From Lama guanicoe (lineage: Eukaryota), in contig MU053881.1 in the NCBI GenBank assembly GCA_013239625.1, positions 1,674,001 through 1,738,000 on the forward strand: a stretch of DNA of 64,000 bases, in the 5' to 3' direction. Of the stretch, positions 1-12,300 are shown piece by piece (position 1 is the stretch's first letter; the number at the start of each line of letters is the position of its first letter). A program made the position numbers and the translations under genes. The notes beneath the pieces were generated by a model that did not search any database, was not told where the DNA came from, and saw nothing but the letters and a program-made list of their open reading frames with translations.

Positions 1-300
1 GAGAGGGCTCTGTTCTCTTGGGGGAGTGACTAGCACATGTGCCCCTGTCCAGAGAGGATGCCAGTGACTGCCCTTGTCCCCTGTCTCCCTCGTGGTGAGG
101 ATGGCGGTGCAGAGCTTTCTTGGGGCCAGCAGAGCACCCCTCCTGAGGGCTAGCAGGCACGTGTGTTTTTTCAGTCGGCCGCCCACAGCTCTACTCAGCC
201 TCACAGGCGTTTCTGCCCCCACAGCCTCAGGGAAGCTAGAAGGGGGGCCAGCCTCGTCCTCTTCACTCACTCCTCTTCTCTCTCTGCCTTCCTTCTCTAG

Positions 301-327
301 GGACTTCCAGGCCCCAAAGGGGAAAAG
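301..327 (+). CDS. COL23A1: COL23A1 exon (27 nt) GLPGPKGEK
   Basis: ctctag|GGA...AAG|gtaagt. Confidence 0.93.
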
Positions 328-3300
328 GTAAGTGATGCTGGCGGCTGTCCAGACACAGTAGGCTGATCAAGGAGGCCAGAAACCTGCCTCCAAACCCTGG
401 TTCCAGAGTGTGGCCTTGGGCAACACATCCCCTCCTGGAGCCTCAGTTTCCCCATCTGTAAAGTGGGGCTAGTCGTGCCTCCCTCCTAAAGTGGTTACAA
501 AGCTTACGTTTGACAATTTAAAGTACTTGGAGGGTTGGATCTGAGTTCTCCTGGCACCGGAGTGTAACAAAACTCAAAGCACAGTCCACCCAGAATGACG
601 GGTTTCCAAAAGAATCAACCCTGAAACAGGGAGGGTGCCAGGAAAGCCCAGGGGTTGAACAGGGACTATTGATATCTTTCTTTATGAGGAAGACAACCCC
701 TCTCCAAGGAAAGACTGAGAGAGCTGGCCCTGTGGTCTTTGCAGCCCTGGGTGTGGCGGGACCCACGGGCACTTCTGAGGCATGGCAGGGCATGGCTGGG
801 CTGGGCCACCCCCAACCCCGACTGCGATGTGGCCCTCATAGGTCAGAGGTCAGGCACTCGTAGGTCAGTGCGGCCAGGGTTCCAGTCCACCATCAGGGCT
901 GAGCACGACACAGGATCCGGTGTTCAGAGCCTCAGGTTTACATTCCAGCTCCACCATCAACTGTGTGGCCTTCAGAAAGTTGCCCAGCTCTGTGGGCCTC
1001 AGTGTCTCCTTATGTAAAGCAGAAGCAGCGTCACATGGGAAAAACTGCACAAGGTCGTGGTCTGAGGGTACTTCGTAGATGATGAGACACTCGTGCTGCT
1101 GGCTGGCAGTGGTCACCTTCCCGCCCGTCTGGCTAATGCCACCAAGTCATAGAAATGATTAAGGCAGGGGTGTTGAAACCAGAAAGAAACTTAGCATCTA
1201 TTGCTACATAACATACTGCCCCAAAACTTGGTGACTTAAAACCGTGCATCACTCTTCTGCTCGCTGTGTCTGGGGACTGGCAACAGATAGCAGACCACCT
1301 GGCTCCCAGCCCTGGACCTGCTAGCTCTGTGGCCTTGGGCAACTTACTTAGCTTCTCTGTGCCTCAGTTTCCTCACTGGAAATGGAGATGATATAGAGCC
1401 TGTGTGCTGTTTTTGTTAGAATGCAGTGAGGCCGTGTACATGAAGCACTGAGCCTCATGTTCCATACATGTGAGGAAGTAATACAAGTGGCCGTAATGGG
1501 TTTCCCTGTTTTTTGTCCCTAGGGTGCACCAGGAGACTTCGGCCCCCGGGTGAGAACTGAGCACCCTCCCCCCGCCCCGCGTGGTTTGTTTTATATCATT
1601 GTAAGGGGTACCTAGTGTTTCTTCTGGGTCCCTATGCTTATCACAGGAAGAGGTGCCCAGCCTCCCCACTCCCCATCGTGGTCCGTCTCGCTGCCTGTTT
1701 TCATTTAAATGAAAGTGAAGGCTCCAGGCACCTCGATTTGGCCGAGGCTGCTGTCCCCTGCAAAGATGAAGGTCTCTGGCAGACATCCCAGTCACCCTCA
1801 TCACCATAGATGGGCAGACAGTGGGGCTGGCCCAGCCCAGGCTGGAGACTGACTCTCTTGAGGGCACTGGCCCCCAGGAAGAGGGGAGACTGTGGATGGA
1901 GCCAGCAGCCGTGAGCCCAGAGTTCAGCTCTGCCACTTACCAGCCAAGTGACCTGGAATGAGTCACTTGCTCATAAGACTCGGTTTCTCCCACTGGGAGT
2001 GGGGGTGACAGCCCTTACTCCAAGCTACCAAGGTGAAGATGCATGGCAGTCATGAGAGTGGGCACCCAGCACCCCGAGTGCAAACAGATCAGAGTCTCTG
2101 CCCAGCCCAGCTCTAGCCCTCCATGCCCCCTGGGCCCAGGGACCCAGAATTGCCTTGTGCCGAGCCAGGGGTCTCCTCGACGGAGGCTGAAGCAGCGTGG
2201 AGAACCCCTGGGGTGGAGCCACAAAGCCGGTCTTGGTAAATGATGCAGCTGTTGGTGGGAGCTCAGCGGGGGTGCCCACACGTGGGTCTCTGGGCGCCTC
2301 GGGCCTCTCTCATCCTGGCAGGGGGTTCCCAAAGGGATGTCCCAGAGGGCAGCATTCCAAGAGGCAGGAGGCCGGAACTGCCAGGCTGGTTAAGAGCTGT
2401 CTCCGAAACAGACACAGCCTCACGTCCACTGCATTCTGCCCGTCACACCAGTCACAGGGCCCACTCGGAGTCAGGAGGGTGGAGACAGACTCTGGCTCTT
2501 GGAAGACTGCAGGGTCCCTGCAGAGGAGCCTGTGGGATGGGACCAAGCACGGCAGCCATCCCTGGAATACGTGGTCCTCCAGTGACCAAGCTGCCTCTCT
2601 CCAGGCTGGGCTAAGTGGCTTTGCCTCCGTAAAGTAGCCTGGTGGTTTCTAAATCACCCTCCTGCCTCTCTCACCACACACCTGTTTGCTGACCAGATGG
2701 TTTTCCCGAGGCTCAACCCGGGCTTTATAAGTAGAGACCATCACGTGTACGGTCGCCGCGTCCTCAAGGTAGACTGGCCGAGTGGCGGGTCCCGGCTCCT
2801 GGTGTGCGTGCTCCCCACGACTCACCCCGCCTTCCCAGGGCGAGACCTCAGCCAGCCAGTCCCTGCGGGGAGAGGAGGAGGAGGCTGGCCCGCCTCGCCC
2901 CCGAGGAACTCAGGGGAAGACCCTCTGGGACCTGCTCAAGTATCCACACCCATCTTCTGCTTTGATAAGGAGAGGCCAGGCCAGTGGTTCCCAAAGGAGC
3001 AGCAATGGGTGGAGTATCTGATACGGTGTAAAATGAGACAGGAATTACCCACCACCCACGCCACACCAGCTGGGTGACTGAACCAAACCCAGTTCTCCTC
3101 ACTTTTGGCCGGAGTTCTGTCCTCTCGGTCAGGACCCTGGCTGAGTCAGACTGACCAGAAGATGCACGCGGTGGACACTGAGAGTGTCTGTTAATGTTTT
3201 AATCGGGAAAACCAGCTATGTCTTAGGGGCAGTTGTCCAGAGAGGCGAGTTCTCTTATCACGGGGCCCATGGATGAAAAAAAGTGTCTAAAAGAGACCAC

Positions 3301-6300
3301 TTGCCTCCGTGGCCAGAGGAGGCGCTCCCTTTCCAAGCTCTGTAGTCCTGAGGAAATGACTACCCTCTCAGAGCCCCGGCCGCTCCATCTGTAAAATGGG
3401 ACAGTAGCAGTGCCCTGGCCAGCTGGTCACAGGGGCGGGCGAGGTAGCCTCCAGGAGGCCTCGCCCGTCCGCGCTGGGCACAGAGCATAGTCCTGTTCTG
3501 CAAAAGGCTCCTTCCTTTCTTGGTGACAGAAAGGTTGGGAGCCGCTGACACTGAGAGCCAGGCGTACCCCATTCCTGTGCCCATGCTGGGTGGGCACCCT
3601 GGGGCAACGGGAAGTGTGAGTGGCACTGCAATCTCCCCTTGTGCGTGGGGCCACAAGGTGAGGGCTCTGGCTGCCTGAGGTCTGACCCAGTACTAACGTG
3701 GCCGAGGGTCAGGGATTCTGTGCTGCATGAGAGACTGTGTGGCCCTTTGTGCCCCCTCCCCCAACCATCCCTTTTTTTGAGATAATTACAGATTCACATG
3801 CAGTTGTAATAAGTAACACTCCATGTACCCTTCACCCAGGCTCCCCCCGTGGTGACATCTTGCATCTCCGTAGTGCAATCTCACGTGCAGGAAACTGACA
3901 TTGATGTAATCCACCAGCCTGCTTCCAGTTTCACCCATTTCACTCATTTGCGTGTCTACTTAGTTCCATGCAATTTTATCACCTTGAGATCCCTGCCACC
4001 ACCACATGCAGACCCCTCCTGCTGCCCTTTTATAGCTACAGTCCCCTCCCTCCCTGCCCCGCTCCGTAACCCCTGGCCACCGCTAAGCTGTGCTCCATCG
4101 CTACGAAATTCACACTCTGGGAATCTTGTGTAGATGCAGTCATCCTGTATGGAACCTTTTGAGACTGGCTTTCTTCCCTTAGCATAATTGTCTCGAAATG
4201 CATCCAGGTTGCTGCATGTGTCAACACTTTTTTCCTTTTATTTCTGGCTGAGCTGTGTTCCGTGATACGGATGTAGCCCGGCTGGTTAACCATTCACCAC
4301 TGAAGGACACTTGAATTGTTTCCAGTTTGGGGGGCTATTATGAATAAAGCCGCTGTGAACATCCATGCATGGGTTTTTGTGTGAACCCGTTTCTCCTTCT
4401 CGGGGACAAATGCCCGAGAGTACACCTCCACCACTTAGTAAAACAGGAGCTGGCCAACCAGGAAGGTCTTTCAGGAGGTGTGCAGTCCCTGTCCCAGCAG
4501 GAAGGGGCCTGGGTGGGCACTGGTGCCTTGTCCCACCGCCTGTGTTCCCCATCTGTCACCTCGACACCATAGCTGGGCTTCAGGCACTGGAGCTGGAGAG
4601 GTGGCACCTGCCATGGACAGTTCAAGGCCCTGTTGGCCTCTCAGGCTGAGGTATAGGGACCTGTCTTTTCATGTGACCACCAAGAAGTGACAAGAAGCCC
4701 AACGACAAAGCCCTCTCCTGGGAGCCTGCTGAAGGCAGGGAAGGGGAAAGCACATGGCCGTGCATCTGAGGAGGCCTCCCTCTGGAGGCCGGGACCCCTT
4801 CCCCTCGCCCGCAGGGTCACGCTGGGCCCTGTCTCTTTCAGGGAGACCAGGGGCAGGAAGGAGCTGCTGGGCCTCCAGGGCCGCCTGGACCCCCTGGGGC
4901 CCGGGGACCTCCTGGAGACACCGGGAAAGACGGCCCCAGGGGAGCACCAGGCCCCATGGTAAGAGAGGGCATGGACCTGGTTCTGAACCCACCAAAACCC
5001 CAAACCCTGATCCCGGAGCCAGCCCCAACCCCAGCCCTTTCCCTAGTCCAGCCCCAGCCCCAACCCAGACTCCAACTCCAATCAAACCTTCAATCTGACA
5101 CTAACCAGACCCCTAACCCAATTTAGACCTTGACCCCAAACTCATTCCCAAATCCTGATCCCCACCCCCAATTCAGACGGTTAGCCAGACTCTAACTCTC
5201 AACCCTCCAGACTCTGATCCTGACTCCGAACCCAACTCCTACCCCTGCGCTGTAACCCCAGATGGATTCATAGACCCGAACCCCGACCTTGGTTGTAATC
5301 TCAGTCCCAGTCCTGACCCTGAGACCGTATGTGGCTAATTTCTCTGCAAATCTCTACCAACCTCTTTCCCCCGATCCCTCCCTCTCTCTCCCTCGTGTCT
5401 GTTTCTCTCTGTGTCTCTTTTTCTCTTTCTCCCTTTCCCCTTCTCTTTCTCGCCAGTAATAACTAAGCTTCAGTTGTCCTCCCCTGGTCCTAATCCAAAC
5501 TCTGGAGGCCAGACCTCATTGAACTACCCCTTTCTGTAACACTGATGTGGGTTAAAGGGACAGCAAGCTGCCCTCCCCCCCCCCAGTGCAGAGCTGGCAC
5601 CTCCACCAGACTACCACCAGAGTCCGTTGTCAGGGAAGCCCCCCTGTTGGCTCACCCATTCCTTGTCACATTGGGCACTAACTCCCTGAGCCTCAACATT
5701 CTCATCTGTGAAGTGGGAACAATGAAACCCCCTTCTCAGAGGTTTGGTGAGACTGGAATGAGGGAATGTACTTGCAGCCCCATCCCAGGGTCTGGCAGGA
5801 GATGTGGGCTCAGTCAGCCGTGCAGTGCCCGCCTCCCCTCATTGCTTTCTTCTCATGCCTCCTCAGGGTCCCAAAGGAGAAGCTGGACAAGACGGCGAGA
5901 CGGTCAGTATCCAGGGCATTTCAGAGGCCTGGGCTGGCAGGACTGTAGCTGCTGGCCTGGAAGCCCCCTCCCACACACACCCACACTGTGGTTGTACGTG
6001 TGGCTGTCCACACTGCTGTTCACGTGCACAAACCTGCACTCTTGTCCCCACCAGCAGTGGGGCACGGCTGGACCAGGACCCCAGCCCCGGCAGAATTCTC
6101 ACAGCCCCATGTCCCTGGGAGGGAGTCTGCAGTCCACTGTCGCTGCTTGAGATCTAATGCAGATTTCCGTCCGAGACACACAAATGGGCGGCCCAGCTGG
6201 GTTCCAGCAACAGCCCTGCCTGCTCTCTGGGACTTGTCACCTTTTACGATGATAAGGATGATAAGGAAACCAGCCCAGGAGCAGCCTACAGAATCACATT

Positions 6301-9300
6301 TAACACCCTCTCTTTTCTCGTTCCAGGGCCCGAGTGGACCCCCAGGGCCCCAGGTAAGTGCTCCTCACTCCTGGTCTCAGGCCTTGGGGGGGTGCTGGCT
6401 CCCTCCCCCCAACACCTTTCCCTCTCCCACCCCCTCCTTGAAGCCAAAGCCACAGGGTTAGGAGATGGAGCTCCAAGTTCCATGACCTTGGGCAAGTGAC
6501 TTCATCTCTCTGGGCCTCAGTTTACTCATCTATCAAATGGGAGCATGACAAGCCTGTCCTGCCTCGCCTTCATACCAGGTTGTGAGGACTGAATAGTAAA
6601 ACAACGTTAGCTTTTGCAGCCCTCTCCAGATGTCAGCTTTTTTAGTTGCTCCTGGAGCAGCGCCTGCCAGGGTAGAAAAGGCCATGGTTCTCCCTGAAGG
6701 AGCCAGATCCCTGGACGGAGCAAGAGGGAAGGGTGGGAGAGAAACCCCCTTTAGTGAGCGCCTACCAGGAGCCAGGGGCCTTCAGTACTTTCTCTCTAAT
6801 CTCGCAACCACCTCCTCCGACACTGGGGGCATCCCAGCCCCGCTTTCGGGAGCAGCGACTTACCCAGGGTCACTCAGCTTGGGAGGGACCATGTCAGAGT
6901 GGAGTCCTGGACTGTCAGCCCCACCACCTATTCACATCTCTCTGCGAGGCTCGGGGTCTCTGGGCTGGGAGCGGTGTGCCTGGTGTCTGAGTGGCTATGA
7001 CCTCTCTCTAGCATCCCCGCGGTCTCCCCCTCAGTGGGCCCGATGTTCCTGGAAAGAAGGTGGGGGGGCCTTGGAGGAGCTTCTTGGTAGGGATGTGGGA
7101 AGTGGCTGGAGGGAAAGACCAGGGCTGGGCATGGCAGGACCAGACCCGGGACCTCACCGTGCATGGCTGCTCTGTCTCTGTCTCTGCAGTCAGGATCTCA
7201 TTCACTCACTCACTCACTCTTAAAAAATATATCCAGTTATTCAAATGCATCAGATTTGTTCCCACATCAGGGTGCTGGACAGTGGTTCTCAAAGTGCGGT
7301 CCCTGGACCAGCAGTATTGGCATTACTGGGGGCTCATTAGACATGCGCATTTGGAGCCCGCCCCAGAGGCACTGAGCCAGACGCTGGGGGTGGGCCGGGC
7401 TCTGTCCCAGCAGCGCCCTGGGTGATGCCGACCTGCATTCAAGTCTGGGAACCAGTGACCCAGATTGATCGTCCCCCACCGCTGCCCAGGGCCGGGCCTC
7501 CTCTTCCTCCTGATGGCCTCAGCAAAACTGTCCCCTCCTCCAGAGGACTGTCCCCAGCCACCTGCTGGAGCACACCCTCCCTGAGTCCCTCTCCGTCCTG
7601 CCATTCTCTTCTATTCTCTTCCCCACGTGGCGCTATGCATTTACCTGGATATTTCTTTGCCCTCAGCTTGCTCTGACCCTCTGCCTGGCCCACAGAGGGT
7701 GCTCAGAGATGTTTGTTGATGGAACAAGTGAATTCCCTCTCTTTCACCCGCCCCCATCCATTCCTTCTGCGCACACCTACTGAGGCGTGTTCTGGGCTGG
7801 TTGGACACAGGGAACAGAGGCAGATCTGACCCCATCCCTGCCCTAAAGGGATGAGGAGGGGAGGGTGTCACTGCCCCGACCCAGTGTGACCAGTTCTGCC
7901 ACCAAGGGTGGGCAGGTATGCTGGGGAGTTTGGGGGGGCGGGTAGCCAACTAGCTGTGTGTCCAGGTCCAAGGGCTCAGCCTCTGCTGTTCTCTCCTCAG
8001 GGGCATGATGGGGCACCAGGCCAGCCAGGGGTCCCTGGACCCCCAGGGCCCAAGGTAGGTACATGCCCCTCCTCCGGTGGTCCCCCTGCCTCCCACCTCC
8101 CGGGTTCCCGCCTGCCTAGTAAAGCCCCTACCCGGGCCTTTCACATGATGGGCACAGAGGCTGATGACCAGGGCAGGCCAGAGAGAGGCAGCAGGAAGGC
8201 CAGGGTCCCACTCCCCACCAGCCTGGCCAGTCGTCCAGGCCGTTCCCCTCCCTCACACCCCCAAGTCTTCAGGTTCCCGTCTCAGGTGGCCGCACTCTGC
8301 CCTGTCCCCAGGCCAGGGACTGGGTGTCATCCTTGCTCCCCCAGCCTCTCAAGACCCCACCAAATCCTGGCCAGCCTGCCTCCAAACCAGCTGAGCCCCT
8401 GAGCTGCTCCAGCTATGCCCCAAGACCAGAGCAGACGGTCCCCTGGGCTGAGCTGAGCCCACCACCCCCTACCCCTGGGTGGGCGCAGGCACATTCTCAG
8501 AACACTCTGGAAGCCCGCAGACCCCCAGCCTCCCTCAGCGCTCTCTCACGGCGCACACACCTCTGTTGCAGGGCGAAGCGGGGAGCGCGGGGCCTCGGGG
8601 AGAGAATGGCCCGGATGGAGCCCCAGGGCCCAAGGTGACGTCTCAGTTTGCTGCTTTGGCTCCCGAAGCCGCCCTCGTGGGGTGGAGATGTGACTTCACC
8701 TCTAATTTGCTCTTTCAAGTTGGGAGTCCGGGAGAGTCCAGGACCAGGGAACTTGTCTGACTGGCGATCAGAGGCTGGCCCGGGGGGGGGCGGGAGGCAG
8801 TGGGTCTGGGTGAGTGACAAGGCCTCCCTCCAAGCCCGCTGTGTGGCTAAGAAGCCTTGGGCTCTCGGGCCTCAGTGGCCCATCTCTATGCAACATGGGG
8901 TCAGAGGGAAGTCTCGCAGGCCACCTCAGGGAGCCCCATCCCTGGGGTGCCAGTCATGTGCAATCAGCCCTGCGCCCTTTGGAAGAGGGGACTGGAGGGG
9001 GCGGGGGAACCTCTGGCTTCAGCTGTGCACGCCTGGCTGCAGCCTTGTGTCTCCACAGGGGGAGCCCGGCCACCCGGGAGCTGTCGGAGCCGCGGGGCCA
9101 CGGGTAAGCGGCTCTCCTCCGGCCACAACCCTGGGGTCCGGGGGCTTGGTTCCTTCCGAAGCCCCTGTCCCCCAGAGACCCCAGAACTGAGAGTCTTTTT
9201 TTTTTTTTAATAAGAATTCACTGGTGATTTTTTTGCTTTTAATTTCATAATACATGCTTTTGGGAAAATGTTCAACTTTGGATGTGAAAATAAGGGCCCC

Positions 9301-12300
9301 ATTCTCTCCCCTCCCCCTCTCCTCCCCAGGCAAGCGTCTGTCTTCCTAGACTCGTTCTGGGCATATTCAGACCTTTAATAGACCTTGATCTGTCACACAT
9401 GGCGTTACCCTACCGCCGTGGGACCCTCCCCGCAGCCCCCATCACAGTTCAGCCCTGTTGCTGGCACAGCCACGGCAGCTGGTCCCAGATCTTCTGTGAT
9501 GAGCCCCTGTCAACACACCGTTAGGACCACATCCCCGTCCTCATTCTTGGCTCTGTGACCTCCAGCCGTCGCATCCCCTCACACTCCCAGAGGCTGCCTT
9601 CCTACTCCTCCAAAATACAGATCTAAGCCTGCAGCCTGGTCATGCAGGTAGCCCGGGACTGATTAAGCATCGAGTGTGGGAACTCAGTGTACACACTACG
9701 GTTCCAGAAAGGCCGTGACCGTGGAGGCAGCTGGCAAGTGAGGCCCTGGCCTGTGTCTCTCTGTCCTGTGCATGGGGCTGGCCTCAGGCCGGACCAAAAT
9801 GCTCCCAGCCCCAGCTGCTCTCCCAGTGGAGAAGTGCTGGGTGGGGAGGGGAGGTTCAAAGGGAAAGGGCAGGGCCCGTGGCGGCACGCGTGCCCATGAG
9901 GATGGGTACGCGTGTGGACACACACACGAGCAGACACATACGTGTGGACATGTGCGTGGCTGGATGTGCGCTCAGAACCAGAAGTGAATGGGAGCATCAG
10001 TGCCTGGTGTCTGCAGCTTTTACCTGAGGTCAGGAAACTGTGGTGTAAGGGCAAGAGCCAGCTGGCCAGGCTTTAATTACTACAGTGTTTGGGGGGGATT
10101 GGGTGCTTTGTTCGTTTAAAAATCTGCAGAGCTTCACATCAAAATCAGGCTCTTCATTTTCCCTTGAGGACTCAGAGATGGGCCTCAGTGGGCTTCAGTT
10201 CCCACATGGTAAATTACAGCCACCCCCAGACCCGGCTGGGGCTGTTCCTCAGTTGGCCCCAGGCCTCCCCCTTCCCTCGTGTCGCCCCCTGCCTGGCCCT
10301 GGAGTGCTTAGTCAGTAAGCCAGCGTGCCAGTGCCCGAGGGAACAGGAGGAGACGCGGGGCTGGGGTCCAGCCAGGAGCCGGGTGAGAACTGGCCCACGG
10401 CTCACAGGCCTGTGTGCAGCCGGGTTACTAAGTCCTCTGGGTGAGGCGCCTACCAAGCTCTTCCCTGACATTCTCCCTCCCTTCCCACCTCAGGGTTCCC
10501 CAGGCCTCAAGGGCGAGCAAGGAGACACGGTGGTGATTGACTACGATGGCAGGATCTTGGATGCCCTTAAGGTAGCCTTCCCGGTGGGCCCTGATAGGCC
10601 CTTGCTGTTCATTTCCTGGGGGAATAGCCACTTACTTGGTGTAAAAATACTTCACTTCTCTGCACAAGGGACCAGGGGCAGCTTAACTCAAGGACCCCAA
10701 CTTCACCAGGTGCCTGATAAGGAAATCAGTGCTGTGTGGAGATGCACACAATGCTGAGAAGCTGCTGTGAAGGTGGCTGACAGGGCCCTGAGCTCCCCAG
10801 AGGCCAAGGCAAAAAGGGAAGCTCGCCCCTCAGGGACAGGAGGCAGGGCCTCCTGGGGAACACAGGCTGGTGGAACTGCGCCTGCCTAGACCTGCATGGT
10901 GTGGTGTGGTGTGGTGTGATGTGACGCGGCCCGAGGGTGTGCGTGGGCCTGGTTGTCCCAGACCGGCTGGGAGCTGCCTGGAGAAGCTCCATGAGCACAG
11001 AGAGGCGGGAAGTGGATTTCAGATGCCAGACAGGGATGATGGCTGGATTTGACAGGCCACGGGCAGACATAGAGGGGTGAAATTGAAAAACACAAGGTGG
11101 GAGGCTAGCTGGGAAGTGGTGTGGAAAGTGGGAGCAGCTGACGGCAGGGAGGTCCCCGGGGAGGCAGGTGCTGCGCCTGGGCACGGAGGAGCACGGGTGG
11201 AATGGAGGAAGGTTGGAAGGTGAGGGACATCTCAGTGGAGGCACCAACAAGAAGGGGAAGGTTGGTGCGAGAAAGCAGAGGGAAGGGGCCTGGAGCTTGC
11301 TGGGCTGGGAGCTGGGTGGCTGCAGCCTTTGTAAGGGGGAGTGAGTGTCGGGGATGATGACAGGCCATGGTGGGCAGGGGGTCCTGCGGGAAGCCAGGGT
11401 CAAGATGGGAGCTGGGGAGTGAAGACACTTGGGAAGTGATCCCCTACCTGTGAGGCCAAGGGGCGCCCCAGGCCCAGCAGGTGGCAGGAGGAGTTCATAG
11501 GAGAGGTCACTGTTGGGGATTCAATTTTGGGGTGGCCTTGAATGCCAGCAGAGGATTTAGGCCTGATTCTAGAAGCAATGGGAGCCATCCCAGGATCTTG
11601 AGCAGGAGAGTGTTGTGAAGAAATCTATATGGAGGTGGGGAATGGCTCTGGGGCAGAGGGGTTCTGGGCGCCCCGGGGCATAGACCCTGGTATCTTACCT
11701 GATGCCTGGTGCTGCCTGCCTGGCCTCCCCCGACACACAGGCCTGACCTGACTGGGTGGGAAGAGGGCCGTAAGGGCCACTGCTGCAGTCCAGCTAGGCT
11801 GGGACGTGGCCTCGGGATGGAGGGGTGGACGGCAGTCATGGGGAGGCCCCGCCTAAACACTAACCTCTTGACTTTCACACACAGGGTCCTCCTGGGCCAC
11901 CGGGGCCACCAGGGCTGCCAGGGCTGCCCGGAGCCAAGGTCAGTGCAGGAGCAGCTGTGTGGCGCCCCAGGCCCCTGTCCCCAGGGCCTGCCCCCCTCCT
12001 CTCTGCCACGCTGCCCGTCTTCTCTCCCAGCGCACCAGCCTGCCCTCCCAGCGCTCAGAGAACATGGCCTGCTCCTTCCTGACCAAGCTGGGGCCTTCTT
12101 CCTGGCCCTAGCTTCTCCCTGGGAAACCTCGTTCACATGAGTCATCCATAAACAGGCCCCTCATGACGTCACAAAGTCCCATAGGTTACTTAGCTGTTCC
12201 TCCAGCCTGTGCGCATCTCTTACACCTGCCCGCTTGGCTCAGGAAAGGGAGCTGCAGACTTTGAAATCAGGGAGGGTCTGGTCCAGGCCATCATCCCTAG

